From the NCBI RefSeq assembly GCF_000186885.1, contig NC_014972.1, positions 3,030,001 through 3,062,000 on the forward strand: a DNA stretch of 32,000 nt, written 5' to 3'. The DNA comes from Desulfobulbus propionicus DSM 2032. GTDB taxonomy: Bacteria > Desulfobacterota > Desulfobulbia > Desulfobulbales > Desulfobulbaceae. The stretch's first letter is position 1. Every line of letters begins with the position of its first letter. Below the pieces are notes generated by a model that saw nothing but the letters and a program-made list of their open reading frames with translations, was not told the origin of the DNA and ran no database searches. Below, in pieces: positions 1 to 8,590 of this stretch. A program made the translations under genes and the position numbers.

Positions 1-276
1 AGAGTTTATTTTAATCATAGAGGACAATTTATGTCAAATTATTTCCCCCAAGGCCAAGGATATAATCGGTCGGTCATTCGACTGTCCTTTCCGCGACGGA
101 GCATAACTCTCGTTGCGACCGTGGATACGCGTCACGGGATGCGCCCCATCAAGGTTGCAAATATCATCTCACACCGTATAATGCTTGATTTTCATGCGCC
201 TCGCACTTGGTCGGAGAGATCTATTTTGAGCGACCATACCGTGTGGCACCGACGATGCAACCAGTAAACGACAATC

Positions 277-2160
277 ATGATTGACTTTGATATCGCCGTA
301 ATAGGGGCAGGACACGCAGGATGCGAAGCCGCACTCGCCGCCGCCCGCATGGGATGCAGCACCCTGGTGTGCGTCATTAACGCAGACACCATCGGGGCCA
401 TGTCCTGCAACCCGGCCATCGGTGGACTGGCCAAGGGGCATTTGGTCAAGGAGATCGATGCATTGGGCGGTGAAATGGCAAAGAATATAGATGCCACGGG
501 CATCCAATTCCGCCGGCTGAACACCAGCAAGGGGCCAGCGGTCCGCTCGTCCAGAGCCCAGGCCGACCGCCTCCTCTACCGGTTGCGCATGAAACACATT
601 CTCGAAAATCAGCCAAATTTAGCCATTCGTCAAGCTGTGGTCGACGAAATCCTGATAGAAAACGGCCGAGTTGTCGGGTTACGTACCTCGTTGGACGAAT
701 GTGTGCGCGTCAGAGCGATCGTGGTCGCCACCGGTACTTTTCTCAATGGCCTTATCCATGTGGGCCTGAAAAACTTTCCCGCCGGCCGCATGGGCGATGC
801 GCCCTCGACGAAACTGGCCCAGTGGTTCGCCTCCACAGGCTTCACGGTTGGTCGCATGAAAACCGGGACAGTTCCCCGACTGGACGGCAACAGTATCGAC
901 TACTCCCAGCTTGTTGCCCAGTATTCCGATGAGCAGCCCGCGCTGTTTTCCTTTTCTTCCCACGGAGCGCCGCCCCTTGTCCAGAGGCCCTGCTACATCA
1001 CCTACACCAACGAACGCACCCACGACATCATTCGCCAGTCCATCCACCAATCACCGATGTATGCCGGAATCATCGAGGGAGTGGGCGCGAGATACTGTCC
1101 GTCGATCGAGGACAAGGTGATGCGCTTTCCCGAAAAAGTCCGCCATCAGATTTTCCTCGAACCCGAAGGACTCGAAACCATCGAAGTGTACCCCAACGGC
1201 ATCCCCACCAGCCTGCCGCTGGCCACCCAAATCGAGATGGTGCACTCCATTCAAGGGCTGGAGCATGCCCGTATCATCCGTCCCGGGTACGCCATCGAAT
1301 ACGATTATGTTGATCCGCGGGAGCTCAAGCCTTCACTGGAAACCAAGAAAATTGTCGGCCTTTTTCTTGCGGGGCAGATTAACGGCACTTCGGGATACGA
1401 GGAGGCTGCCGGCCAAGGCCTGATGGCGGCAATCAACAGTGTGCAGTATGTGCGTGGCGAGGAACCGGTAATCCTCGACCGATCCCAAGCCTATCTGGGG
1501 GTCCTGATTGATGACCTGGTGACCCTCGGCACCAAGGAGCCCTATCGGCTGTTCACTTCCCGCGCGGAGTACCGGCTGCTCCTGCGCGAGGATAACGCTG
1601 ACATGCGGTTGCGACCTATCGGCCATCGCATCGGCCTAGTGGATGAACCGACCTGGCACGAATTCGTCCACAAGAAAGAATATATCAGCCGGGTGCTGCA
1701 CTACTTGCATGAAACCAGAATCAAACCCGTGCCAGGAATCAATGCCTTTCTCGCCGCCCACAATGCGCCGGCCCTCTCCCAGGCCATGACGCTGGCGGAA
1801 CTGCTCCGCCGGCCAGAGATCAGACTGCACATGCTTGCCCAAATGAGCCGGGCAGTCGACAGCCTTCCGCCCTTTCCGGAAGAAGCGCTTGCCTTCCACG
1901 ACGAGATCGAACTGCAGATCAAGTACGAAGGCTATATCAAAAGGCAGGAAGAGCAAATTTCCCGCTTTAAAAAGCTGGAAAGCATCGAACTGCCGCCCGG
2001 ACTCGTGTACAAGGGACTCCCTGGCCTTTCCAATGAAGTGGTGGAAAAACTAACTAGAGTCCAGCCCCGTTCACTTGGCCAGGCCTCCAGAATCTCCGGG
2101 GTGACACCAGCGGCACTCTCCGTGCTCCAGGTTCACCTGAAACGGCTTGGCCTTTTATGA
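277..2160 (+). CDS. mnmG: tRNA uridine-5-carboxymethylaminomethyl(34) synthesis enzyme MnmG (GidA)
   Basis: 627 aa; N-terminal FAD motif [60 protein letters not shown], and [18 protein letters not shown] all typical of MnmG. Confidence 0.98.
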   Translation: MIDFDIAVIGAGHAGCEAALAAARMGCSTLVCVINADTIGAMSCNPAIGGLAKGHLVKEIDALGGEMAKNIDATGIQFRRLNTSKGPAVRSSRAQADRLLYRLRMKHILENQPNLAIRQAVVDEILIENGRVVGLRTSLDECVRVRAIVVATGTFLNGLIHVGLKNFPAGRMGDAPSTKLAQWFASTGFTVGRMKTGTVPRLDGNSIDYSQLVAQYSDEQPALFSFSSHGAPPLVQRPCYITYTNERTHDIIRQSIHQSPMYAGIIEGVGARYCPSIEDKVMRFPEKVRHQIFLEPEGLETIEVYPNGIPTSLPLATQIEMVHSIQGLEHARIIRPGYAIEYDYVDPRELKPSLETKKIVGLFLAGQINGTSGYEEAAGQGLMAAINSVQYVRGEEPVILDRSQAYLGVLIDDLVTLGTKEPYRLFTSRAEYRLLLREDNADMRLRPIGHRIGLVDEPTWHEFVHKKEYISRVLHYLHETRIKPVPGINAFLAAHNAPALSQAMTLAELLRRPEIRLHMLAQMSRAVDSLPPFPEEALAFHDEIELQIKYEGYIKRQEEQISRFKKLESIELPPGLVYKGLPGLSNEVVEKLTRVQPRSLGQASRISGVTPAALSVLQVHLKRLGLL

Positions 2161-2172
2161 TCACCATCCCCA

Positions 2173-3012
2173 ATGCTTGAATTCCCCTCGATAAATCCGG
2201 TCCTTCTCAGCTTTGGCTCTCTGCAGATTCGCTGGTATGGCCTGATGTACGTCATCGGCTTCAGTTGCGCCTATCTGCTGGTCGTTCACCAGGCAAAAAA
2301 ATTCGCCTGGAAACAAATGCTCACCCATGTCGACAACCTTAACCTCGCCCTGATTATCGGCGTGATTATCGGTGGACGGCTGGGATATGTGCTCCTCTAC
2401 AACCCGATGCATTATCTGATGCATCCCATGGAAATACCCGCTATTTGGTCCGGAGGCATGTCCTTTCATGGTGGCTGCCTGGGGGCACTGCTCACCGGCG
2501 CGTTGTATTGCCGCAAACAGGGATTGGACTATTGGCGGGCTGCGGATCTCTTCATCGCCACCGCACCCATCGGTCTTTTTTTCGGACGGTTGGGCAATTT
2601 TATCAATGGCGAACTCTATGGACGCATCAGCACCGCGCCGTGGGCCATGGTCTTCCCGGATGGCGGACCTTTGCCCCGACATCCTTCCCAGTTGTACGAA
2701 GCGGCGCTTGAAGGATTGCTTCTGTTTCTGCTTTTATGGGGCATGAAAGCCAACCCCTGGCATCAGCCGAAGAAACGACTCTGGCCACATGGGAGCATGC
2801 TGTCCCTCTTTCTCATTGGATACGGCTGCTGCCGATTCTTGGTCGAATTTTTCCGCGAACCCGATGCGCAACTCGGTTTTATTATCGGTCTCTTTTCCAT
2901 GGGTCAGGTGCTTTGCTTGCTGATGGTGGTGGCGGGAACAGCCCTCTGGTATGCGCGGATAACAGCGCAAACGGAAAAAGCAACCGTTCACCCCCCCCCC
3001 TCAGCAACTTAA
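2173..3012 (+). CDS. lgt: Prolipoprotein diacylglyceryl transferase
   Basis: 279 aa multi-spanning protein with FFGRLGNFINGELYGR signature and C-terminal FFREPDAQLGFI; 12 nt downstream of mnmG. Confidence 0.96.
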   Translation: MLEFPSINPVLLSFGSLQIRWYGLMYVIGFSCAYLLVVHQAKKFAWKQMLTHVDNLNLALIIGVIIGGRLGYVLLYNPMHYLMHPMEIPAIWSGGMSFHGGCLGALLTGALYCRKQGLDYWRAADLFIATAPIGLFFGRLGNFINGELYGRISTAPWAMVFPDGGPLPRHPSQLYEAALEGLLLFLLLWGMKANPWHQPKKRLWPHGSMLSLFLIGYGCCRFLVEFFREPDAQLGFIIGLFSMGQVLCLLMVVAGTALWYARITAQTEKATVHPPPSAT

Positions 3013-3287
3013 TCGCAGAGGATTTTTCCAGCAAGCTCCTTACCGGGACGAAATTTCACCACACGACGCGGAGGAATGGGCACCGTCTCTCCAGTCTTCG
3101 GGTTTCTCCCTTTTCTGGGAGCACGATCCACCACCGAAAAGCTGCCGAAACCAACCAACGTAACCCTTTTTCCCTCTGTGATTGCCGCAGACAAGGTTGA
3201 CAACAAACCATTGAGACCACGTTCCGCGGCGATTTTGCTGATTTGCGCTGAATGCGCGATAGATTCAATAAGATCGCTCTTATTCAT
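3009..3287 (-). CDS. HU/IHF family DNA-binding protein
   Basis: 92 aa; MNKSDLIESIA..., VTLVGFGSFSVVDRAPRKGRNPKTGETVPIPPRRVVKFRPGKEL is the bacterial DNA-binding protein signature. Confidence 0.96.
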   Translation of the reverse strand: MNKSDLIESIAHSAQISKIAAERGLNGLLSTLSAAITEGKRVTLVGFGSFSVVDRAPRKGRNPKTGETVPIPPRRVVKFRPGKELAGKILCD

Positions 3288-3514
3288 GTTTTCCTCCTCG
3301 CCTGATGTTCATTGATCGCCCCATTCCGCACCAGAAAAAAAGCCGGACACGTCTTCAGAGACGTTGCAATAAATCTCAGGGAGGAGAAAAAAACAATTGT
3401 CGGAACTACCTATTTCTTTGTAGGTAGATTTACCTAACGAGGAAAATAGTAGAGAAAAATAAAATAAATAGAAGCAAAGACCGTGGTGGTCCCGATACAA
3501 ATAATGCAAGAAAA

Positions 3515-4192
3515 TTATTTTTCGGGAAAAAGCACTGCATTGCGGACCACGTGATTGACCAGGTCCACGGTGTTTTTCATTTTGAATTTTTTCAATAAGT
3601 TTGCCCTGTGGTGATCAATGGTCCTGGGGCTTAACTGCAATATCTCGCCAATTTCCTTGCTGGAGCACCCCTGCACCACCAACTTGAGCACCTGCTTCTC
3701 CCGTTCGCTGAGGATGACATACGGGACTGTGCCCGGCTGACGAAACGCGGTGAGCGCTTCATCGGTGACCTCAGAAAACAACTGCGATGAAATGTACGTT
3801 TTCCCCGATCTGATGGCTTCAATGGCCGCAAGCAATTCGGCGTCCGAATCATCCTTAATCAGATACCCTTGGGCACCCGCGGCAATGGCTTGGTAAAAAT
3901 ACTGCTTGTTGGCGTGCATGGTCAGGACGAGGATGTCGACCGCTGGATACTGCTTTCGGATGGCGGAAACAGCTTCAATACCGTTTAAATGGGGCATGGT
4001 GATATCCACAATCACCATGTCCGGCACCTCCTCCCGCAGAAGCCCAAGCAATTCCACGCCGTCGCTGGCTTCGGCAACGATCTGCAGGGCTGGATTCTTG
4101 CAAACAAGACTCTTGAGTCCTTGCCTGATCAGACTATGGTCGTCAGCGACAACAATGCGGTATCGTTGCTGCATGCAATCCCAATCCTTCAT
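3515..4192 (-). CDS. NarL/FixJ family response regulator (REC + LuxR-type HTH)
   Basis: Receiver domain VVADDHSLIRQGL...DMVIVDITMPHLNGIEA...VLTMHANKQYFYQAIAAGAQGYLIKD; C-terminal LSEREKQVLKLVVQGCSSKEIGEILQLSPRTIDHHRANLLKKFKMKN. A start at the internal Met (MQQRYR) is also possible. Confidence 0.95.
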   Translation of the reverse strand: MKDWDCMQQRYRIVVADDHSLIRQGLKSLVCKNPALQIVAEASDGVELLGLLREEVPDMVIVDITMPHLNGIEAVSAIRKQYPAVDILVLTMHANKQYFYQAIAAGAQGYLIKDDSDAELLAAIEAIRSGKTYISSQLFSEVTDEALTAFRQPGTVPYVILSEREKQVLKLVVQGCSSKEIGEILQLSPRTIDHHRANLLKKFKMKNTVDLVNHVVRNAVLFPEK

Positions 4193-4198
4193 CTGCTT

Positions 4199-5662
4199 TT
4201 ACCGGAACAGGAGGCTGACGGGGCAGTGATCGGAACCGGTTATTTCACCGTGGATGGCGGCTTCGAGCACGCGATCCCTGCTTGATCCATCAACAATGAA
4301 GTAGTCGATTCTCCACCCAATATTTTTTGCCCGTGCGTTAAAACGATAACTCCACCACGTATACTGCCCCGCTTCCTGATTGAATTGGCGAAACGTATCA
4401 ACATAGCCAGCGGCGATGAGTTCATCCATCCAGGCGCGCTCTTGCTCGGAAAAACCTGGATTTTTCACGTTTGCCTTGGGGTTGGCAAGGTCAATCTCCT
4501 TGTGGGCGACATTCAAGTCGCCGCAGAGCACAACGGTCTTCTCCGAGCGGAGGCGATCCATATAGGCCAAGAGGGTGCGATTGAATTCCTGCTTGAAGGC
4601 TAACCGTTTCAGCTCAGGCTGGGCATTGGGCGAATAGGTATTGATCAAATAAAAATCCGGGTATTCAAGGGTCAGCACTCGCCCTTCGTCGTCAAATTGC
4701 GGCTGCTCCATTCCATAGAGCACCCGCAAGGGCGGTATTTTACTGAAAACCGCTGTGCCGGCATACCCTTTCTTTTTGGCCGAATGCCAAAAACTCTGAT
4801 ATCCTGAAACGTTGCGCAACTGATCGTCCAATTGATCCGGATGTGCTTTGATCTCCTGCAGGGCAAGGATATCGGCGTCGAGCTCATGCAGGACATCGAG
4901 AAAGCCGTTTTTGGCCACCGCTCGAAGACCATTGACATTCCAGGAAATCAACTTTCTTTCGTCCCGTCCCTGTCGCACAGTTCCTCCCTGCTGTTTTTTT
5001 CGAGGCGTTACCCCTAGGCGGGGACAATAGGCGGCAATAACGCAACGGTCACAATGAGGGCGTTGCGGCTTGCACGTTCCTTGACCAAAGGCGACCAACA
5101 GGCCGTTGATTCGGATCCAATACTGCCGGGGCAGCTTTTGCCGCAGGACCATCTCAGTTTGCAACGGCGTCGTCGTCTGCACGTAGCCCCAGATATTCAT
5201 AATCCGATGGACGTGGGTATCGACGCAGATCGCCGGTTTGTGAAAGGCGACGGCAACCACCAGATTGGCGGTCTTTCGCCCCACTCCCGGTAACTGGACA
5301 AGCGAATCTATGTCATCGGGAACAACCCCGCCGAACCGTTGCAGCGCGCCTGGCAATTCGCCGAGATGTTTTGCCTTGGTTCGAAAAAACCCAACGGGAT
5401 AGATGAGCTGTTCCACATCCGCAACCGTCAACGTCGCCAGCTCAGCGGCGGTGCTCGCCCGGGCGAACAGTCGACGGGCAGCCGCCGCTGTCACCTCGTC
5501 CTTGGTTCGGGCCGACAGGATGGTGGCCACCAGCACTTTGAACGGATCGTTTGTCTGGGTGGCAATCAAGTCAACGACCGGAACATCGTAGCTGCTGACC
5601 TCGCGCTCAAGAATGGGAATAACCGTGTCGATGGGGAAAATCATTTCAAATGGCGTGATCAA
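4199..5662 (-). CDS. Fusion protein: N-terminal endonuclease III (Nth) + C-terminal exodeoxyribonuclease III / AP endonuclease (XthA)
   Basis: 487 aa continuous ORF. N-half: HhH LPGVGRKTANLVVAVAFHKPAICVDTHVHRI with catalytic Lys/Asp and FeS motif C-x6-C-x2-C-x5-C (CKPQRPHCDRCVIAAYC). C-half: SWNVNGLRA, LQEIKA, GDLNVAHKEIDLANPKANVKNPGFSEQER, WRIDYFIV, GSDHCPV (ExoIII family). Junction near aa 220-237. Confidence 0.95.
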   Translation of the reverse strand: MITPFEMIFPIDTVIPILEREVSSYDVPVVDLIATQTNDPFKVLVATILSARTKDEVTAAAARRLFARASTAAELATLTVADVEQLIYPVGFFRTKAKHLGELPGALQRFGGVVPDDIDSLVQLPGVGRKTANLVVAVAFHKPAICVDTHVHRIMNIWGYVQTTTPLQTEMVLRQKLPRQYWIRINGLLVAFGQGTCKPQRPHCDRCVIAAYCPRLGVTPRKKQQGGTVRQGRDERKLISWNVNGLRAVAKNGFLDVLHELDADILALQEIKAHPDQLDDQLRNVSGYQSFWHSAKKKGYAGTAVFSKIPPLRVLYGMEQPQFDDEGRVLTLEYPDFYLINTYSPNAQPELKRLAFKQEFNRTLLAYMDRLRSEKTVVLCGDLNVAHKEIDLANPKANVKNPGFSEQERAWMDELIAAGYVDTFRQFNQEAGQYTWWSYRFNARAKNIGWRIDYFIVDGSSRDRVLEAAIHGEITGSDHCPVSLLFR

Positions 5663-5800
5663 ACGATGTATGGCCCCTCAGTCATTGCATAACTGGCACA
5701 ATCCTCCAGATGGAAATAACAGGGATGCCTCGCTTGAGCAAGAGTTCTGAGATTCGCGCTCGAAAGAAAAAACCTGTGAACCAAAAGCTCACGGAGCGCG

Positions 5801-5839
5801 AAAAAAAACGCCCATTCCCTGTACCACAGGGAATGGGCG
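5801..5839 (-). terminator. Rho-independent terminator downstream of the carbonic anhydrase gene
   Basis: Perfect 14-bp inverted repeat CGCCCATTCCCTGT-acc-ACAGGGAATGGGCG (5809-5822/5826-5839) followed, on the minus strand, by a run of eight T (A8 at 5801-5808 on plus). Confidence 0.9.
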
Positions 5840-5857
5840 AATGACGGTGATGTGCGG

Positions 5858-6466
5858 TTAAAAAATTCCTTGGCTGAGCATGGAGACTTCACCGCTTTCC
5901 AGATCGTAATAGGTGGCCACGACCAAAACGCGCCCCTCTTTTACAAGATCCGCTACAATCGGTTCGGATTCTTCGATTTTCCTTGCAGTGGTCACGGCAA
6001 GTTCCTTGGCCGCGTTGTTTGTCCAGTGTCCTTCCAATCCTTTGGTTTTTTTCAAGGCCGCATCAATGGAGGGCGTGAGGCTGGCAATGTGGCCGCTCAG
6101 CTTGACCCCCTGCGCGACGGCGGTCACCGCTCCACACGAGGAATGCCCCATGACCATGACCAGAGGGGTATGCAGATGGGAGACCGCGTATTCAATGCTG
6201 CCAAGGATATGATCGTTGATGATGTTACCGGCTACTCGGACGACAAAAATATCACCCAAGCCTTGGTCGAAAACATCGACAGGCGGTACGCGCGAATCGG
6301 CACAGGTGAGCACCACGGCAATCGGTTCTTGTCCAGAGACCAAACCTTTTCTCGACTCTTCACAATGGTTGGGGTGTTCGAGTTTGCCGGAAAGAAATCG
6401 TTTATTTCCATCAAGTAATCGCTGGAGCGCTTCTTTTCCTGTGAGCTGTCTTCTTGCTGACTGCAT
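5858..6466 (-). CDS. Beta-class carbonic anhydrase
   Basis: 202 aa; CADSRVPPVDVFDQGLGDIFVVRVAGNI and MGHSSCGAVTA carry the Cys-Asp...His-x2-Cys zinc ligands. Confidence 0.95.
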   Translation of the reverse strand: MQSARRQLTGKEALQRLLDGNKRFLSGKLEHPNHCEESRKGLVSGQEPIAVVLTCADSRVPPVDVFDQGLGDIFVVRVAGNIINDHILGSIEYAVSHLHTPLVMVMGHSSCGAVTAVAQGVKLSGHIASLTPSIDAALKKTKGLEGHWTNNAAKELAVTTARKIEESEPIVADLVKEGRVLVVATYYDLESGEVSMLSQGIF

Positions 6467-6679
6467 TGTCCAAGTCCTCTTTGTGGTCAGAGTTTTGTTT
6501 CATAGGGAACAAACAATAGGCCATGGGGGCTTTTCGCATTTCATTCCGGTGAATGAAGCGCAAAAACATATCAGCAAGAGTGAATTTTAGCCACAGGGAA
6601 AATGAATGGAGGCGAAAAAGCCATCGTGTCGGCGGCCCTCTCATCGGAAAAAAACACAACGGTCGCCAGCGAGGCAGCC

Positions 6680-7567
6680 TCACTGCTCACTGTAATAATA
6701 ATCCTGTTGGTACTCGTAGTAACCAAACACCTTGTAATCGAGCATCGTTGCTTTATAGGCATTGAAAACCACGCCGAGAATCTTGTCCCTACCGATGGCG
6801 TCGGCCAAGGCTTTGACGTATTCTCGACGGGAAGCGCCATAGCGCACGACCAGGATGACCCCGTCCACATGCTGGGCAAGCACAGCGGTTTCACTGGCAG
6901 CATGGAGTGGCGGGCTGTCCAAAAGCACAATACGGTCATCATAACGCTTGGCCAACTCATCAACCAAACTGATCATGGACGCCGACCCGAGGAGTTCGGC
7001 GGGATTGATGGATCGGGGGCCGGCTTGCAAGATGGAAAGCTTCTCCACCCCCGACGAGACGAGGAGCTCGGAGAGTTTTTTCTTGTGTTGCAGATAATCG
7101 GCAAGCCCGGAACGGTTGCTCAACCCGAAAAGCGTATGCTGCGCTGGCCGGCGCAGATCACAATCCACCAGCAGGCAATAATTATCCACCCCCTGCGCCA
7201 GAGAGATCCCCAAATTGGCGCAAATAAAACTTTTTCCTTCTCCTGGAGAAGCGCTGGTCACCAGGATACTGCGAGGGATCGGTCCCGAATTGGGGTAGAG
7301 AATACGCGTCCGCAGCGCTCGGATACTCTCCGCCACTGGTCCGGTTGTAACGGTGGCCAGGGAAAGACGATCATCCCACCGCCCCTGTCGGGGAGATTGC
7401 CGGTCAGCGGCCTCGTCTTCATGCGTGTGGCCAGTTTCCCTGGAATCGACTTCAGGAAAATTTTGGCTTTCAAGCGCAACCTGCTCCGCAGCACTCGGTA
7501 CAGTGTCTTCCGATGCGTCGACCCGTTTCAAGGCGTTGAATACCTTACCCACAATATCCTCCGACAA
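6680..7567 (-). CDS. BY-kinase / CpsD-CapB family tyrosine autokinase (exopolysaccharide-associated)
   Basis: Walker A SASPGEGKSFICANLG, Walker A' NYCLLVDCDLRRP, RIVLLDSPP, and Tyr-rich tail YKVFGYYEYQQDYYYSEQ. Confidence 0.9.
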   Translation of the reverse strand: MSEDIVGKVFNALKRVDASEDTVPSAAEQVALESQNFPEVDSRETGHTHEDEAADRQSPRQGRWDDRLSLATVTTGPVAESIRALRTRILYPNSGPIPRSILVTSASPGEGKSFICANLGISLAQGVDNYCLLVDCDLRRPAQHTLFGLSNRSGLADYLQHKKKLSELLVSSGVEKLSILQAGPRSINPAELLGSASMISLVDELAKRYDDRIVLLDSPPLHAASETAVLAQHVDGVILVVRYGASRREYVKALADAIGRDKILGVVFNAYKATMLDYKVFGYYEYQQDYYYSEQ

Positions 7568-7623
7568 TCATAAAAAAAGCCTTTCTTCCAGTCCCCTTTG
7601 TTCAACTCGAAACGCTCTGCGTG

Positions 7624-8553
7624 TCACCGATAGTATCGCCACAAAAAAATCGCCAAGAGAAGACAGAAAAGCGTGGCTCCGCCAAGGATTGCCGTCACCT
7701 TGAATGTATTGGATTTGTTTGGATTGGCGATGGGGAGAGGGTTCGCCTCGCCCGGAAAATGCAGATCGGCCACGCTCTCTTCGATCAGCTCGGCGCCAAT
7801 GACCGGTTTGTTTTCGGCAAACCCTGTAAGCAGGGCGTGATCACAGATGATGTTAATCAATCTCGGAGTGCCCTGGCTCACCTTGTGAATCATGGCGATG
7901 GCATCCTCGGAAAAGATGTTGAAATGGCGGGCACCGGCATGGCGGAGCCGAAAAAGGATATACTGCCTGGTTTCATCCAAGGTAAAACGGCTGAGATGAA
8001 ATCGAATGCCGATTCGCTGCCGCAGGGGCAACAACCGGTCGTCGCTCATCCGTTCATTGAGTTCCGGCTGTCCCACCAGAAAGATGGAGAGGACATCCTG
8101 ACCTTTCTCTTCAAGATTGGAAAGCAGGCGAATCTCCTCCAACAGATCAACGGGAAGAACATGGGCCTCGTCAAAAATCAGCAAGACCCGCTCGTCCTTC
8201 TTGTAACATTCCTTCAACAAATTGCCGAATTCGATCAGAAACATCGCCTTGTTGCCATCCCACTTAAGGCCGAGCTTCTTGGCAATGTAAGAAAAGAATT
8301 CGTCGCGATACAGGATCGGATTATTGAGCAAACAGAGATGCACATCCTGTTCAAGCGAATGAATCAGCGACTGCAGCAGGGTTGTTTTCCCCGAACCGAC
8401 ATCGGCGGTCAGCACAAGAAAACACTTTTTGCTGAGAACTCCGTATTTAAGAATCGCCAACCCTTCCTGATGAGTTTCACTCATGAACACCACGGCTGGA
8501 TCAGGGGTCAGAGCGAAGGGTTTTTTGGCAAGCCCGTAAAATTTCGTGTACAT
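7624..8553 (-). CDS. ExeA-like / XrtA-associated-type AAA ATPase with C-terminal membrane anchor
   Basis: MYTKFYGLAKKPFALTPDPAVVFMSETHQEGLAILKYGV, Walker A TADVGSGKTTLL, Walker B LLIFDEAHVL, GTPRLINIICDHALL; C-terminal hydrophobic helix VTAILGGATLFCLLLAIFLWRYYR. Confidence 0.85.
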   Translation of the reverse strand: MYTKFYGLAKKPFALTPDPAVVFMSETHQEGLAILKYGVLSKKCFLVLTADVGSGKTTLLQSLIHSLEQDVHLCLLNNPILYRDEFFSYIAKKLGLKWDGNKAMFLIEFGNLLKECYKKDERVLLIFDEAHVLPVDLLEEIRLLSNLEEKGQDVLSIFLVGQPELNERMSDDRLLPLRQRIGIRFHLSRFTLDETRQYILFRLRHAGARHFNIFSEDAIAMIHKVSQGTPRLINIICDHALLTGFAENKPVIGAELIEESVADLHFPGEANPLPIANPNKSNTFKVTAILGGATLFCLLLAIFLWRYYR

Positions 8554-8590
8554 GCTTAATGAACCAGGAAAAAGAAGAGTGAATATTCGG

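Noticed and set aside
31-267. 78-aa ORF upstream of mnmG
   Set aside because: There is a purine-rich stretch before the ATG, but the protein has no recognisable features and basic, unusual composition; not enough evidence to call a gene.
6602-7573. 323-aa plus-strand ORF antisense to the BY-kinase gene
   Set aside because: The minus strand encodes Walker A/B and Tyr tail; the plus-strand translation is shadow sequence with no family features.
7621-8559. 312-aa plus-strand ORF antisense to the AAA ATPase gene
   Set aside because: Mirror ORF of a well-supported minus-strand gene.
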